Positions 30,830 to 43,232 are shown, numbered from the stretch's first letter. The stretch is 64,000 nt of DNA from a virus (IMGVR_UViG_3300035520_000607:32001-96000), one strand, 5' to 3'. The notes: generated by a model from the sequence alone, not told the origin. Numbers and translations are program-made.

Positions 30830-31671
30830 CCGCAGCTATTTCCATAAGGATATAAAGAAGAGGCTGGGAATGCAGGAACTGGTGTTGGTTTTAATGCGGA
30901 AATAAGATAATTATTTTGTCTCTCTTGAGAAGCTGATAATCTTAATTGAGCATTTTCAGTTTCTAATGATGAAATCTTATCATTTACTAAGAAATCTAAA
31001 ATACTTCTTGTGTTACAATTTTGGTTATCAATGATGTCTCTAGTAGTATTTTGAATAGTGTTTACAATGCCGCAAGTGTCTGTTGACATATTATATTTAA
31101 GGTCAGCAATTGCCGCCTTATTATCGCAACAACAGCTTGCTATTTGAGATTGTAAAGCATTTGTATTTTGTAAGTTACCAACAGCTATACCATCAATACT
31201 TCTTTGAATTGCATTAGCATTTTGCATATTTTCAACATTCATTCCATTAATAGATTGTTGTAATGCAAATGTATTTTGCATATTATTAGTATTTACACTA
31301 TTAATTCCTTCTTGAGTATTATAACCTAGAGTACAGACTGCATTGTCGATTCCGCGGAATTCGCTAGTTAAATTATTTTGAAGTCCTGAGAAACCATTTA
31401 GCATTCCAGTATTCATAGCATAGAATCCATCACATAATCCAGATTGAATTCCTCTTGTACTATTCTCTAATGATTGGAAATTCATATCTTGTGCTAATTC
31501 TCCACGAGTTAATGCACCATTATTGCCTCCCCAACCATTTCCTCCCCATCCCATAAACATGAATAGGAATAATATGATGATCCACCAAGCGCCATTTCCG
31601 CTTCCGAATCCATCTTGACCTGTTGCCGCAGCTACATCGGCTAAGCTGTAACCATTACCTGAGCTAAACAT
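30823..31671 (-). CDS. membrane protein with Gly-rich TM region and long Asn/Gln coiled coil (cassette gene 3)
   Basis: GFGSGNGAWWIIILFLFMFMGWGG, QIASCCCDNK, C-terminal GNSCGC. Confidence 0.75.
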   Translation of the reverse strand: MFSSGNGYSLADVAAATGQDGFGSGNGAWWIIILFLFMFMGWGGNGWGGNNGALTRGELAQDMNFQSLENSTRGIQSGLCDGFYAMNTGMLNGFSGLQNNLTSEFRGIDNAVCTLGYNTQEGINSVNTNNMQNTFALQQSINGMNVENMQNANAIQRSIDGIAVGNLQNTNALQSQIASCCCDNKAAIADLKYNMSTDTCGIVNTIQNTTRDIIDNQNCNTRSILDFLVNDKISSLETENAQLRLSASQERQNNYLISALKPTPVPAFPASSLYPYGNSCGC

Positions 31672-31705
31672 ATATTTGCTCCTTTCTATTTATTTTTTTT
31701 GAATT

Positions 31706-31948
31706 TTACTTAATTCCAAACATTTGTTTAAAACTAGCAAATTCTTTATCAAAATCAATTCCTTTTTCTTTAGCTACATTACGAACAAATGTTTCTACCC
31801 CTTGGGTGTCCCCTTTTTGAACCATAGATAACAAGTTTTGTGCAGCGGGATTCTGACCAGCTTGTTGACTAAGCATATTCATAACAAAAGCCTGAGGATT
31901 GGAATTGCTTTTAACCATATTAATAAATTGCATCATATTAGAAGGCAT
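31706..31948 (-). CDS. small helical Met/Gln-rich protein (cassette gene 2)
   Basis: NPQAFVMNML...NVAKEKGID. Confidence 0.7.
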   Translation of the reverse strand: MPSNMMQFINMVKSNSNPQAFVMNMLSQQAGQNPAAQNLLSMVQKGDTQGVETFVRNVAKEKGIDFDKEFASFKQMFGIK

Positions 31949-32357
31949 TATTTATTTTCGCTCCTTCCTTTGCGGCGGGAGTGCTTTTTTTAGTATCTAC
32001 TAAACTATTTAATGTTGTTTCTATATTATTTATTTTTTCTAATAGCAATGCTTGAGTATCTACAACATTTTCTTTTGTATTAGTAGGTTTAAATGTTATG
32101 ATTTGAGTTGTCCCATTGTTATTCCAACTCTTCATATAAATTTCACTAAGATCTGCTTTAGGGAAAATACCATATCCTCCAAAAGGCACTTCAGTTGCTT
32201 TTACAACTTCCTCTCCGTCTACTACTTTACCATTAATACCTGCGGAAACCGAGGTAGTTGGCATCATGGGTTGCGATTGTCCTTGCATATAAGCAGGCAT
32301 TGCCGCATTTGATTGTTGTGTATTATAATTATTGTAATATGGATAATAATTCATCAT
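31938..32357 (-). CDS. hypothetical protein (cassette gene 1)
   Basis: Y/Q/P-rich N-terminus, GKVVDGEEVVKA...IYMKSWNNNG; AGGAG RBS. Confidence 0.7.
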   Translation of the reverse strand: MMNYYPYYNNYNTQQSNAAMPAYMQGQSQPMMPTTSVSAGINGKVVDGEEVVKATEVPFGGYGIFPKADLSEIYMKSWNNNGTTQIITFKPTNTKENVVDTQALLLEKINNIETTLNSLVDTKKSTPAAKEGAKINNAF

Positions 32358-32567
32358 AATTTTAATACTCCTTCCTAAAAGTTTACTTTTCTTTTCCCTT
32401 TCAATTTTAATAAAAATTTATCTAAATTCAATTTCAATGTTTTGAGAAAGTTTTTATTAAAATTTATAAATTTAACAGGTAGTTAAAAATTTTTTAAAAT
32501 TACAATGACTTAATCGTTTTTTAAAATAAATAGATTTTAAAATAGAAAATAAACTAAAATTTTAAGC

Positions 32568-32607
32568 AAAAAAAAAAGAAACACTCATTAAAAAATGAGT
32601 GTTTTTT
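32568..32607. terminator. intrinsic terminator (bidirectional)
   Basis: AAACACTCATT/AATGAGTGTTT hairpin flanked by A and T tracts. Confidence 0.7.
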
Positions 32608-32610
32608 AAA

Positions 32611-34629
32611 TTATATTTTAACAGCAGTTTTACTTGCTGATATTGACATATTGCCATTCACAGTTAAGGGAATTGAAATTGAATCTATTAAATAATCTCC
32701 AGAGATTCCGCTTTCTACATCATTTACTGTTACTCTAGTGTTAGGTTCTAAATGATAAATAGGCAATGTAGTAAGTTGAATAGATTCATTATAACCAGTT
32801 TCCGTGTATAAAAGATTCTTAACTTCATTGAAACAACTATTATAATTAGTTCCAACAGCAAGAGATTCATAAATATTAGGATCTACTTGAATGTATGCTT
32901 GACCGCGAGCTTCGCATTCCGCACGTCTTTCCGCAGTATCTTCTTGACCAGTTTCAATAATTACAAAATCAGGTATTTCAGATTCAAACACACAGTTATA
33001 ATCATCATTGTTTTCAACTTCAGATCTACGTCCTATATTAGATATTGAAAATTGAGATACAGACGCATCTGAATCTATAAAATCTAAGAAATAATCAATA
33101 GATTGAGGATCTTTGATAACATCTTCATAGAATTCGCCAGTGTAATAAGTACCTTCCGCATCAGTATTTTCTTTAGCTTTAAAGTTATATATTTTTGGTC
33201 ATTCGCTCTCTAATTCAGTATAATAATAATTAGTTTCTAATCCTAATGGCTCTGCGGCAACCCCTTGAAAGTATAACTCAGATCTTCAATCATTTGCCAT
33301 TACTCTATCAAAAGTAACATCAATTTGAGTGTAAGAGCCTTCAGACCAAATATAAACATTACCAGTACTTTCATCTAAATAGTATACCCCTTGCGCGCCA
33401 TCAGTCTTGACCATTTCCGCATAACTACTATAACCAACTGGTATTTTTGCTTTTGTGATTCCATCATCTGAATCTTCATAGAAAAATACTTTATAAATAT
33501 TTCCAGTTTTAGGTTTAGTATCAATAGCTAAATGATATCTGATAGGTAAAGATACCCCCTCTGCGGATTCTCTTATTCCCCATACTACATAATCATTTTT
33601 TACATTTAAGTATTGAGGAGAATTAGAACAAGATATTACTATTTTATTATCTTTAAAATTATAAACAGATTTTCCTTTACTCATATCTACTACATAATTT
33701 TCATTCTTTAAATTTTCTAATTCTACTTTTGCTTGCGATGTATTTAAATAGTTTTTTATCTCTTGAAAAATAAAATTACCATAAACATCATAAAAGTATT
33801 CATAGTTTCCGCCTAAGTAAGAAACTATTTTGTCTAAAATATCAGTAACATCGCTTCCTGCATCACCAATTAAATCATCACTATAAACAAAGTCAGAGTA
33901 GATATAACCAATATTATCTCCATATGAGAACATTTGATATGAATATTGAGAAGCTTTTGAATAATCAGTAGTAATAGAATAGCTACCATTATCATTAATT
34001 AGATAAATAGGTACATTACCTATCCATTTCATAACAGTTTTTATTCTTTTATTTATATCACTAATAATTATTTTACTTAATTGCTCCCCACCAAAATGAT
34101 TAACCGCTTCTCTTATTATTTGATCTATTGTAGGTTGAGAAATGATTATCTCCCCATTTTCATCAATAGTTTCATAAGAATCGAATTGTGTTGATGCGGG
34201 AATAGTACCGCCGCATGATCCATCTAATAAGCTCATTTTATCTTTTATTTGTAAAGATACTGTTGTTCCAGACGTAGAATGACTTAATGAGACAGAAGCA
34301 ATAGTATAAACACCTTGCGGAAACCAGATAATTGGATAGTCTTCATATTTTTTAGTTTTATTAGTGTATCCTATTTCTAAGTATAGTTTTCTATTAATTG
34401 TAAATATATTTGTATTATCTTTTAATAATGCAGTTATATTACATGTTCTTCTCATTGAAGAACTACCACTAACATTTATATTTCCGCCAGTAACTAGTCC
34501 TTCAACTTCTTGAACAGGATTTTCATTTCAGTCTAATAAAGTAAATTTAACATATTGTTCAGTATAATGCATTGTGTCAACAGTATATAAAAAGTCTGAA
34601 TCATTTGAATAAGGATAAGATTTTTTCAT
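32611..34629 (-). CDS. putative baseplate hub/tail protein (672 aa, code 4)
   Basis: Three TGA (LLDW, NDWRSELY, EWPKIY) join ORFs 33286 and 32611 in one frame; YFYDVYGNFIFQE, IYHLEPNTRV. Confidence 0.7.
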
Positions 34630-34634
34630 AGCTC

Positions 34635-36269
34635 TTAACTCCTTTCTTCAATTATATTGTATAATTCATAGTTATCAATAGTATCTTCATCTATTTCATA
34701 AGCTGTTGCAGAAAAGCTCCAGATCATTCTTCCTAAGCTATTCTCAGGGGTGAAAGATACATCCATTAATTTAACTAGGAAATTACCTTCAGTTGCAGAT
34801 CTGAATAATTTAGCTTCTCCGTCATATAAGAAATCACTAACCGCATCTCTAAATAATTTTTCATAAGTATAATCATTATAAGTAGTTATCTTATTAGTTT
34901 CATTATACTTTTCATATTTCTTTTTATTATTGCCATAGATTTCATCTTTTGATATAAAAGTTTCATCTTCATCAATAAGATAAGAGATTAAACCGCTGAT
35001 AGGAAGTTGTATGTAATTAACCGCACCATTCCTACGAATGAATGGATATGCGGAACCTATAGTCTCGGTTTTTATTTCACTAATAGTTCTTTTTAATGAT
35101 GAAACACTAGGATTGAATTTAATTTTTAATTGTCTGTTTTTTGTTGTTAAAAACATATCATCTAATATAATCATCATTGGTTTCTTATTTATTTTAGCTA
35201 GTCCTCTGTTTTTCTTAGCGTCAATACCTTGAATATAATAATTATACCATACTCCGCTTTTTATAGTATTATCGTACCAAGTTTCTTTTACATTAGTAAC
35301 TTTATTAAAATCAATAGTATGAATATCTTCCCAGATAGTGAAATTACTTTCACTAGAAGTTCTTCTAATAATAATTTTTCCAGTATATTCAGTTTCACTT
35401 GTACGTTTTAAACTAATTTGGAATCTACCATTTTCCGCATCCTCTTTTATTGTAAATGAGAAATCTAATTCTTCATTAGAGTCTTGAGCAACAGTAAAAG
35501 TTATTTTATTACTTCCTTCATATAAATTTTGAGTTTGGTAATCAACAGTAAAATAATAAGAATTATCTACTTCAAAATTATATTTAAAAGTATAAATAAA
35601 TGAATTAGGATTATTATAATTATTTGAGTATAATATTCCGCTATCTGTTAGTAAAGTCCCATCTGCGGAATATAATCTTACTTGATATTGTCTTAATGTT
35701 TCAGTTTCATCTTCGTCAGCAAAAGTAAGATTTCCTATTAAGTTACTATTAGCTAATGACCAAGATACTTTTCCATCTATTATTTCAAATCCTGATATTG
35801 ACAATGCGGGAGTGCTTATACCGCGGATTAAGCATACTGTAGACCATTCAGAAAAGTTATTTAAATTTGCGGCAAGCCAGCTATCTAGAGCCTGAGGTGT
35901 CGATAAAGATATATCAGCGGCATCCGCGCCAGTAAATCTAATTTGAACTTTATAATATGTATCAATTTCAAATTTTTCATTTTTTAAATCAGTATTTTTA
36001 ATCTCAATATAATATTTATCATCAGATGTTTTAGTGTCATCAATTTTAATTTCTTTTAATGCAATTTCACTAGGATATTTAGTTGAATCTAAAACTGTCA
36101 AATTAGTATTTTGATTTAAAACAGTTATTTGTGCATTTTTTATATCTCCTATTGAATTATAATCAGATATTGAAAAATACACTTTACATAAGCTATCATC
36201 TGCATCCGCAATAAAAGCTGGCATATAAGTTGATAAAACAGGTGGATAAAAATTATTTATAATTGCCAT
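34635..36269 (-). CDS. putative tail/baseplate structural protein with Ig/FN3-like region
   Basis: 544 aa, DNTIKSGVWYNYYIQ, KLFRSATEGN; tail-module context. Confidence 0.6.
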   Translation of the reverse strand: MAIINNFYPPVLSTYMPAFIADADDSLCKVYFSISDYNSIGDIKNAQITVLNQNTNLTVLDSTKYPSEIALKEIKIDDTKTSDDKYYIEIKNTDLKNEKFEIDTYYKVQIRFTGADAADISLSTPQALDSWLAANLNNFSEWSTVCLIRGISTPALSISGFEIIDGKVSWSLANSNLIGNLTFADEDETETLRQYQVRLYSADGTLLTDSGILYSNNYNNPNSFIYTFKYNFEVDNSYYFTVDYQTQNLYEGSNKITFTVAQDSNEELDFSFTIKEDAENGRFQISLKRTSETEYTGKIIIRRTSSESNFTIWEDIHTIDFNKVTNVKETWYDNTIKSGVWYNYYIQGIDAKKNRGLAKINKKPMMIILDDMFLTTKNRQLKIKFNPSVSSLKRTISEIKTETIGSAYPFIRRNGAVNYIQLPISGLISYLIDEDETFISKDEIYGNNKKKYEKYNETNKITTYNDYTYEKLFRDAVSDFLYDGEAKLFRSATEGNFLVKLMDVSFTPENSLGRMIWSFSATAYEIDEDTIDNYELYNIIEERS

Positions 36270-36366
36270 TCCACATCTCTCCTTTTTTCTCTCTTTCTTG
36301 TGTTTTAAAAATATTTAAAATAGTTTAAATAATTAAGACCAAAAAAAAGATAGCTTAGTAAGATAT

Positions 36367-39126
36367 CTAAGCTGTTCTTTTTCACATATAAACTACTAAA
36401 TAAGGTGGCATATTGTTGTGAGCTCCGCTCCCACCAGTGTATTGAGTATAATTTCCATAAGAGGCTGTTACGATAGCTCTATTATAGAATCCAGTATTTC
36501 CTTTATATAAAGAATATCCTGTAGCTTCACTAGCAGAATCATACATATATAATCTATGATTGTGAGATGGCATCTCTGATTCTGATAAGGTATGTGTTGC
36601 ACTACCGCCAGTAGATCCATTTGAATATGAACTACCAGCACCTAATAAGAACCTATTTTGTAATTGTTCTCATGTACCACCAAATAATGATGCAGGACTT
36701 GTACTATTAACAGACATATATATACTTCCTACTGGATAAACTTGATTAAGTGTTATTATCTTATTTGATACTTCATCTATTTTGGCATCAAGAGTATTAT
36801 CTCCTTCTTGTGCTATTGTTCTGTTCTCAGCAATCAACTCTCTAAGAGTATTATCTTCTTCTTCTAATTGATCTTGGAAGACTAATCTTTGAGTTAATGA
36901 TGAATCAGCTAAATAATTAATTGTATAAGTTCCTAAATAATTTTCTTCATAAATCGTTAGAGAACTGGTTTTATTTGATAGAACTATTGAATCATGTTCT
37001 AAATCATATGTTTTTCAATTACTCGAGGTATAATAAATAACTACTGGATTACCACTTTCATATTTTTCTTTTAAGAAAGTTGAAAAATCTTCTTTATTAG
37101 TTATAGTATCTGTATAAAATTGAATATATTTGCTGCCGTTTGAATTTATTATTGTGAATTGGTTATTTTCTGATACATTTTTTTCAGAGAATGTAAAATA
37201 GTTACATATTCCACTTACAGTATACTCCATAGGATCAAAATCATCAGGATAGATTGTATAAATAGAATCATCATCAGCTTTTTCAATAGTCTCTTCTCCA
37301 GTTAAAATTACTTTACCTATTTTCTTAGTTAAAGTGCCATTAATATAAGTGTCATATACATTTCCTATTTTTGCTAATTCAAAATAATCTTGTAAAGGAA
37401 TCGAACTTCCATCATATATTTCAAAATCTTCAGAATTAATATCTGACGTATCCAATGTATCGTCTTCATTTAAACAAGTTAGATACAAATAGCCATCTTG
37501 ACTAGCTGTAATTGTTTTTAAATTTAAATCATCTTCATTATATAAATATTCTTTATCAGTTGCAGTTCCTGTTTGTGCCACATTAGTACTATATATACCA
37601 ACTTCAACTTTTAAACTAAGACTCGTAACTGGATCATATTTAATTGTAAAAGTATCTCCTTCTTTAACTTCTTTCACAAAAGTTGAGACATAATGATTAT
37701 CTAATGTATTATCATCATCAAAATAACTATCAACATATCCATTAAAGAATGTGCTATTCCCAAAATATTGAGGCACTGACATATTAATTTTATTTGAATT
37801 AAGAAATAAAAATCATTTTGAGCGAGGAATCCAAAGTTGATAAGAACTTTTAACTATTTGAAGAGTATATCCTTGTAAAATAGTATCAACACTCGCTCAA
37901 TAAGAAACTCTTATATATTTAGTATTTTCAGTCGTTGTAAAAGTATACTTATAAGTTGATGTCTTTTTAGATAATTCAATAAAAGTTTTATCTTTGTCAT
38001 ATTCACATACTCTAATTTCATTTAACATAGCATAGGTATTGCTCTTGTCGGGAACTGGATAAGTTATAGTGTAGGTCGTCTCTGGTTCTATTTTAATATA
38101 TTCTTTTACTAAACAATATTGAGTATTACTAATAGACGTTATTGTTCCATTATCTGCATAATAATATCCTCTTGTTATTATATTTTTAGGATTATAATAT
38201 TGTTTAAAACCAGTTACAGTTGTTATTGAAGCTGGAGAATCTATTGTTGGAGTTTTTGATGACGTTTTCATATTTCCATCAATCTCTATATCTAAAATCT
38301 CACTACTTAAAGGGCTATCAAGCCTTAATCTATAATTAGAAGAACTGTCACCTTGACAAATTGTCTTTGCTGTATTTATTAAACTAGTTTCAGACCAGGT
38401 GCCATCTTCTTTTAAAAACTTATTTCTATTATGAGTATATTGCAATGCTTCGTCTTTAGGAATGGTAGCAATCATAAAAAAATAATCATCATAAAAAAAG
38501 TCTTCTTCTGAAGAATCTTCCAATTTAGATCCAAACATACTAAATAATATGCTTTTCCCTATCTCATTATTTTTCTCTAAAGTATAGATTATTTGAAATT
38601 GCTCTGAACAAATTGAAGTTGATCGATATCCTGCCGCAGCTTTTATTTTAAGATCAAAATCAAGACCAAGCTCAGCAAGATTAGTCTCATCAGATAATCA
38701 ATAATTATTAAAAATTATATCTTTAAGAGAATCAGATTCATATTGCTCTGGATTTGAAAAATGAACATTTAAAATTTTAGAATTTTCTATTGAATCTCTT
38801 AAGGTTATAAAAGTCTCTGGATTAAGAACATTGCCTGGACATAAAAGAAGAGAACAAGAATCTGTTTTATAAGTTTTTGAAGAATCAATAGAAAAATCTA
38901 TTCTTCCATCTGCATTATTCATTTCATCTAATTTAATCTTATCTTCCGCACTCATTAATCCATCAGAAGTTGTAGTAGCATTAGATATTTTATTAACTTC
39001 AATTCTTTTTTTATCAGCGTCAAAATAAAGTTTTCCATCATCAGTTGTGATTATGAATTGCCCATTTTTTATAGGTAAATTATCCAATTTATCACTAGAA
39101 CCGCTGTATGGTTTAAATATTGCCAT
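36367..39126 (-). CDS. tail fibre/baseplate protein (919 aa, code 4) with shared N-terminal anchor and YPVGSIY...WKRTA C-terminal domain
   Basis: Six TGA join four ORF fragments in one frame with no TAA/TAG; ends PPYLVVYMW(TGA)KRTA*. Confidence 0.8.
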
Positions 39127-39140
39127 TTTTTATTCCTCCT

Positions 39141-39608
39141 TTATTTTTCGTTATCATTAGATAATGTAGATACTTTAGGTAATCTGCGGATATCCTCCAT
39201 TAAATCTTCTGCAAAGCTATTACCTTCTTCTTCTTTATAATATTTAAAACGTCTCTCTAGGACATCTAAACTATAGTCATCTATATAACCTTTTTGATAA
39301 CAAAAATAATGATGCTTTTCTGTTATAAAAGCTTTTATATCTTCTTTATCAGAACCCTTTAATATTTCTATTGTTGAAGACATATCTTGTAATTGTTTAG
39401 TCATTTCTTCTTGATTTGTTAAAATTTGACTAATTTGTTGTTCTATTGAAACCCTTCCCTTTTCTTCTTTAGATTTCTTTTTATAATTTTGAGAAATTTT
39501 ATCTTTAACTCAATCTAAATATGTTACAACGCCTTTTGCGGCAATAGCCAATATTACTATAAAAATAAGGATTTCTGATAAATCATATCTTGTTAGTAAT
39601 TCTTCCAT
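39141..39608 (-). CDS. holin-like membrane protein (155 aa, code 4)
   Basis: GGAGG RBS; ILIFIVILAIAAKGVVTYLDW(TGA); coiled coil; YYKEEEGNSF. Confidence 0.6.
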
Positions 39609-39699
39609 ATTATATTACCTCCTTCTTCTCTGTTTATATAAAAAATCTTTTAAATAATTTAAATAGGTAAGCCCAAAATAAAAGATAATTTAATAAAAA

Positions 39700-41124
39700 T
39701 TATCTTTTATAAAATACTCTTTTTCCATTAAAATAAACTTCTGTTAATTCATTATTGTTGAAATATACATTTCCTAATTTAGTATTGTTAAAATATATTA
39801 TTGGATATCTTGAAAAGTATCCTGTTATTGGATTAGCAAACATGATATTTTGTCCAGTATAATAAGTATGTTCAATTACCCCTTTTAGTGAGTTACAATT
39901 ATAGAATAATAGTATATTATTATAGTCTATAGGAACATGTTTTAATGATCAATTATCTTCACAAAATATATATTCTAATTTACTACAACCGTTAAACATC
40001 ATATAAAAATTAGTTACATTAGAAACATCAAAACTATTTAAATCTAATTCAGTTAAAGAGGAGCAACCACTGAACATCTTTTTCATATTTGTAATATTTG
40101 AAGTATCAAAGTCACTTAAATCTAAAGAAGTTAGACTAGAGCAAGAAGCAAATAAGCTATCCGCACTTCCATATCCCAATCCAGATAACACACTAGTAGT
40201 TAAAGTACTTTTATTTTCACTAATTCAACTTGCTAATGAAGAACAATTATCTTCACCTGAAAAACTGACTGTTCCAGAAGTATCATCACTTAAAGTATAA
40301 TCAAAAGTTATAGTTGGTGAAGTAAAGTAACCAGCTGAGGGATTAGCATAGCTAATATCAGTTTTAGATTCATCATACTCAATTGCACCTTTTAAGGAAG
40401 AACAGTAACCGAACATCTTATCACTATCTATAGTTTGTTCAGATGAAGATCAATCTTTGTTACAATATATTGTTTTTAGATTTTTATTATTTGCAAACAT
40501 CCTATCCATATCTGTTACATTAGAGGTATCAAAATTACTTAAATCTAAAGAGGCTAACTCGCTACACCAACTAAACATATAGCTTATATTAGTAACATTT
40601 GATGTATCAAAATTACTTAAATCTAGAGAAGCCAAAGATCTACAACTACCAAACATATTATCCATATTGGTAACATTAGAAGTATTAAAACTCCTTAAAT
40701 CTAGAGAAGATAATTTACGACAAGTCATAAACATAGAATTCATATTAATTACGTTAGAAGTATCGAAATTGCCTAAATCTAAAGAAGTTAACTTACTACA
40801 ACCCTCAAACATAAATGACATGTCTGTTACTCCCCTTGTATCAAAATTACTTAAATCTAATTCAGTAAGTGATGAACAACCAGAGAACATATAACTCATA
40901 TCTGTAATTTCTTCTGTTGGAATATAAGGACTTCATTTTATGGTAGTTAAACTACTACAACCATAAAACATTCTTTTTGTACTTATTAAAGTACCCATTC
41001 GTTCAGTTGTTGCTACCCCTGTACTTGAAACATTAGGATTCTTACTATCTGCAGCCGGTGATGATGATGAAACATCCTTAAATCTTTGAATATTAAGATC
41101 AATATATAATTTTACTGTTGTCAT
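39700..41124 (-). CDS. DUF285/BspA-type leucine-rich surface-repeat protein (474 aa, code 4)
   Basis: Tandem 26-aa repeats LDLSNFDTSNVTNMxxMFxxCxxL; four TGA join four fragments. Confidence 0.85.
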
Positions 41125-41453
41125 TAAATATTTCTCCCATCTCCTATAATTAAATCGCTTAAATCTACTTCAGTTAAAGAAGTGCATCCTTCGAACAAAG
41201 ATTCTGCATTTTCTCATGTTGATCATAGTGTCCCACTTATTTTTGCAGTTAATAAGTTTTTTACTCCAATAGTATCTGTAATAAATTCTCTTAAATCGTC
41301 AAAAGAATTGTTAAAAGAGTCTTCAGAACTTTGTGAAGTACCAAATTTTTCATTCCCTGATTCATAGCCTTCCTTTTTTGAAGTATATATAAATTCATAA
41401 GATGTAGAATACTTAAATCTTTGAATATTAAGATCGACGTATAATTTTATCAC
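41124..41453 (-). CDS. truncated paralog of the DUF285 protein (109 aa, code 4)
   Basis: Same KLYxDLNIQRFK leader; ends after one partial repeat LFEGCTSLTEVDLSD. Confidence 0.6.
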
Positions 41454-41761
41454 TATGCGTCACTCCCATCATTAGTTATATATAAAGTAGTCCCAGCCAA
41501 TCTAACTTTTAAACCTCCCACTGTAGAAGTATCTGCATTAGGTGTTGAAGTAAGAGCATTTTCTAATTTAATTTTATCTTCTGAGCTCATTAATCCATCA
41601 GAGGTCTCAGTAGCATTAGTTAATTTGTTTATTTCAATTCTATCTTGATTATCATCAAAATAAATTTTCCCATTATCAGTTGTAATTATAAATTGTCCAT
41701 CTTTGATAGGTAAATTATCCAATTTATCACTAGAACCGCTGTATGGTTTAAATATTGCCAT
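41453..41761 (-). CDS. short fibre/adaptor protein with shared N-terminal anchor
   Basis: MAIFKPYSGSSDKLDNLPIKDGQFIITTD...ATETSDGLMSSEDKIKL. Confidence 0.7.
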   Translation of the reverse strand: MAIFKPYSGSSDKLDNLPIKDGQFIITTDNGKIYFDDNQDRIEINKLTNATETSDGLMSSEDKIKLENALTSTPNADTSTVGGLKVRLAGTTLYITNDGSDA

Positions 41762-41787
41762 TTAATATCTCTCCTTTATTTTAAATA

Positions 41788-41814
41788 AAAAGAGGGCGTA
41801 TTTCTACGCCCTTT
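41788..41814 (-). terminator. intrinsic terminator
   Basis: AGGGCGTA/TACGCCCT hairpin with T-tract on the minus strand. Confidence 0.65.
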
Positions 41815-41825
41815 CATTTTTATTA

Positions 41826-43196
41826 TTATTCTATTGTTCCCCAAGTTAATGCGCTATCAGTGTATGCTTTTGCACTAGTTAATGCATCATCAGCAGCACC
41901 GCTAGCATCATAATTACTTGCTAAACCATCTGCATATTCTTTTGCATTAGTCTCAGCTGTGCTTGCACTACCAGCAGCATCAAAATCGCCAGCTGTAGCA
42001 TAAGCCGCACTACCTAATCCTTTAACTGCTACATCAGTACCATCAACAGAAATAGTTCCATTAGTAGAACCAGTTTCAACAGATTGAACAGCTGTATCTG
42101 CTAAAGCTCCTTGCTCTGCAGTTGCATAGTTATTTGCTAAACTATTAGCATAAGCTTTTGCGCTTTCAGCAACGTTATCTGCATATTTCTTAGCACCAGC
42201 TATAGTTGCGCTATCTTTAGTATCAGTAGTAGAACCTTCTAATGCAGTTTTAACTTCACTAGCTGCTCCAGCTTTATCATAAGCTGTACTATCAGTATAA
42301 GCGGCAGATCCTAGACCATTAACTTCAACATCTGAACCAGATACTGAGATTGTACCCTTTTCAGAACCAGTTTTAATATCACTAGATTGTAAAGCACTAT
42401 CAGCTTTATTTAAACTAGTTTTAATAGCATCTGCTAATTGATCTTTACCGATTGAACCATTTATAACATTTGCAGTTACTTTATGATCTGCATCAATAGC
42501 AACATGGACAGTTGAAGTATCTTCTCCTGCAGTTACATATTCAATTAAATCAGATACATTAATATAAACTTTATCATTTGTTGCATTAGCTAAAGTTAAT
42601 ACTAAGTAAGTTCCTGTATGATTACTATCTGGGTTAGTTTTTACTTCACCGCTTGATACTACCATATCTTTAGGAATATTAATAGTTGTGCTTAATCCAG
42701 TTGCTTGTTGAGCGATAGTGTATGCTTTTGCATATCCTTCTGGAGTACTTTCAGTTACTGTTACAGTATAGTCAGTTCCAGCAGGTACATTAACATATAA
42801 TCCATCTTCTTTTAATTCTAAATTGTTATTAGCTTCTTTAGAAATATTAGCTTTGATAGTTTTTGCAGTAGTAGTTCCACTTACGTCGATTGATTTATCT
42901 CCTGCGGCAATACTATTTACAACTTCTTTTTTAGCAGTTTCGATAGCTGAATCTATCATATTTGAGATTGAGTTATCTCCAGATCCAACTAATGTTTGTA
43001 ATTGAGTATATAATGCTTCGTTACCTTTAGTTGAATCATTAACTAAATTAACGGCTGAAACAACTTCATCTTCAGTAGTTAATTCTTTTGAACCTAAATA
43101 TAATTTCTTTCCATCAATATAATAGAAAGTATCTTCATTAGGTGTCATTGCTGCATATTGACTTGCAGACCCTTTAATAAATTTTACATTCGCCAT
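41826..43196 (-). CDS. Ala-rich fibre protein (head or tail fibre)
   Basis: Repeats GTISVxGxDVxVxGLGSAAY and AKxYAD; ends ALTWGTIE. Confidence 0.7.
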   Translation of the reverse strand: MANVKFIKGSASQYAAMTPNEDTFYYIDGKKLYLGSKELTTEDEVVSAVNLVNDSTKGNEALYTQLQTLVGSGDNSISNMIDSAIETAKKEVVNSIAAGDKSIDVSGTTTAKTIKANISKEANNNLELKEDGLYVNVPAGTDYTVTVTESTPEGYAKAYTIAQQATGLSTTINIPKDMVVSSGEVKTNPDSNHTGTYLVLTLANATNDKVYINVSDLIEYVTAGEDTSTVHVAIDADHKVTANVINGSIGKDQLADAIKTSLNKADSALQSSDIKTGSEKGTISVSGSDVEVNGLGSAAYTDSTAYDKAGAASEVKTALEGSTTDTKDSATIAGAKKYADNVAESAKAYANSLANNYATAEQGALADTAVQSVETGSTNGTISVDGTDVAVKGLGSAAYATAGDFDAAGSASTAETNAKEYADGLASNYDASGAADDALTSAKAYTDSALTWGTIE

Positions 43197-43232
43197 ATTG
43201 TGTCTTTTTTCCTTTCTTACGAATCTTTGTTG

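Noticed and set aside
32358-32567. AT-rich gap as replication origin
   Set aside because: No iterons or DnaA boxes evident; more simply the leader of the five-gene cassette
40450-40899. CRISPR array in the 78-bp periodic region
   Set aside because: The periodicity is a coding 26-aa DUF285 repeat, with no repeat-spacer structure
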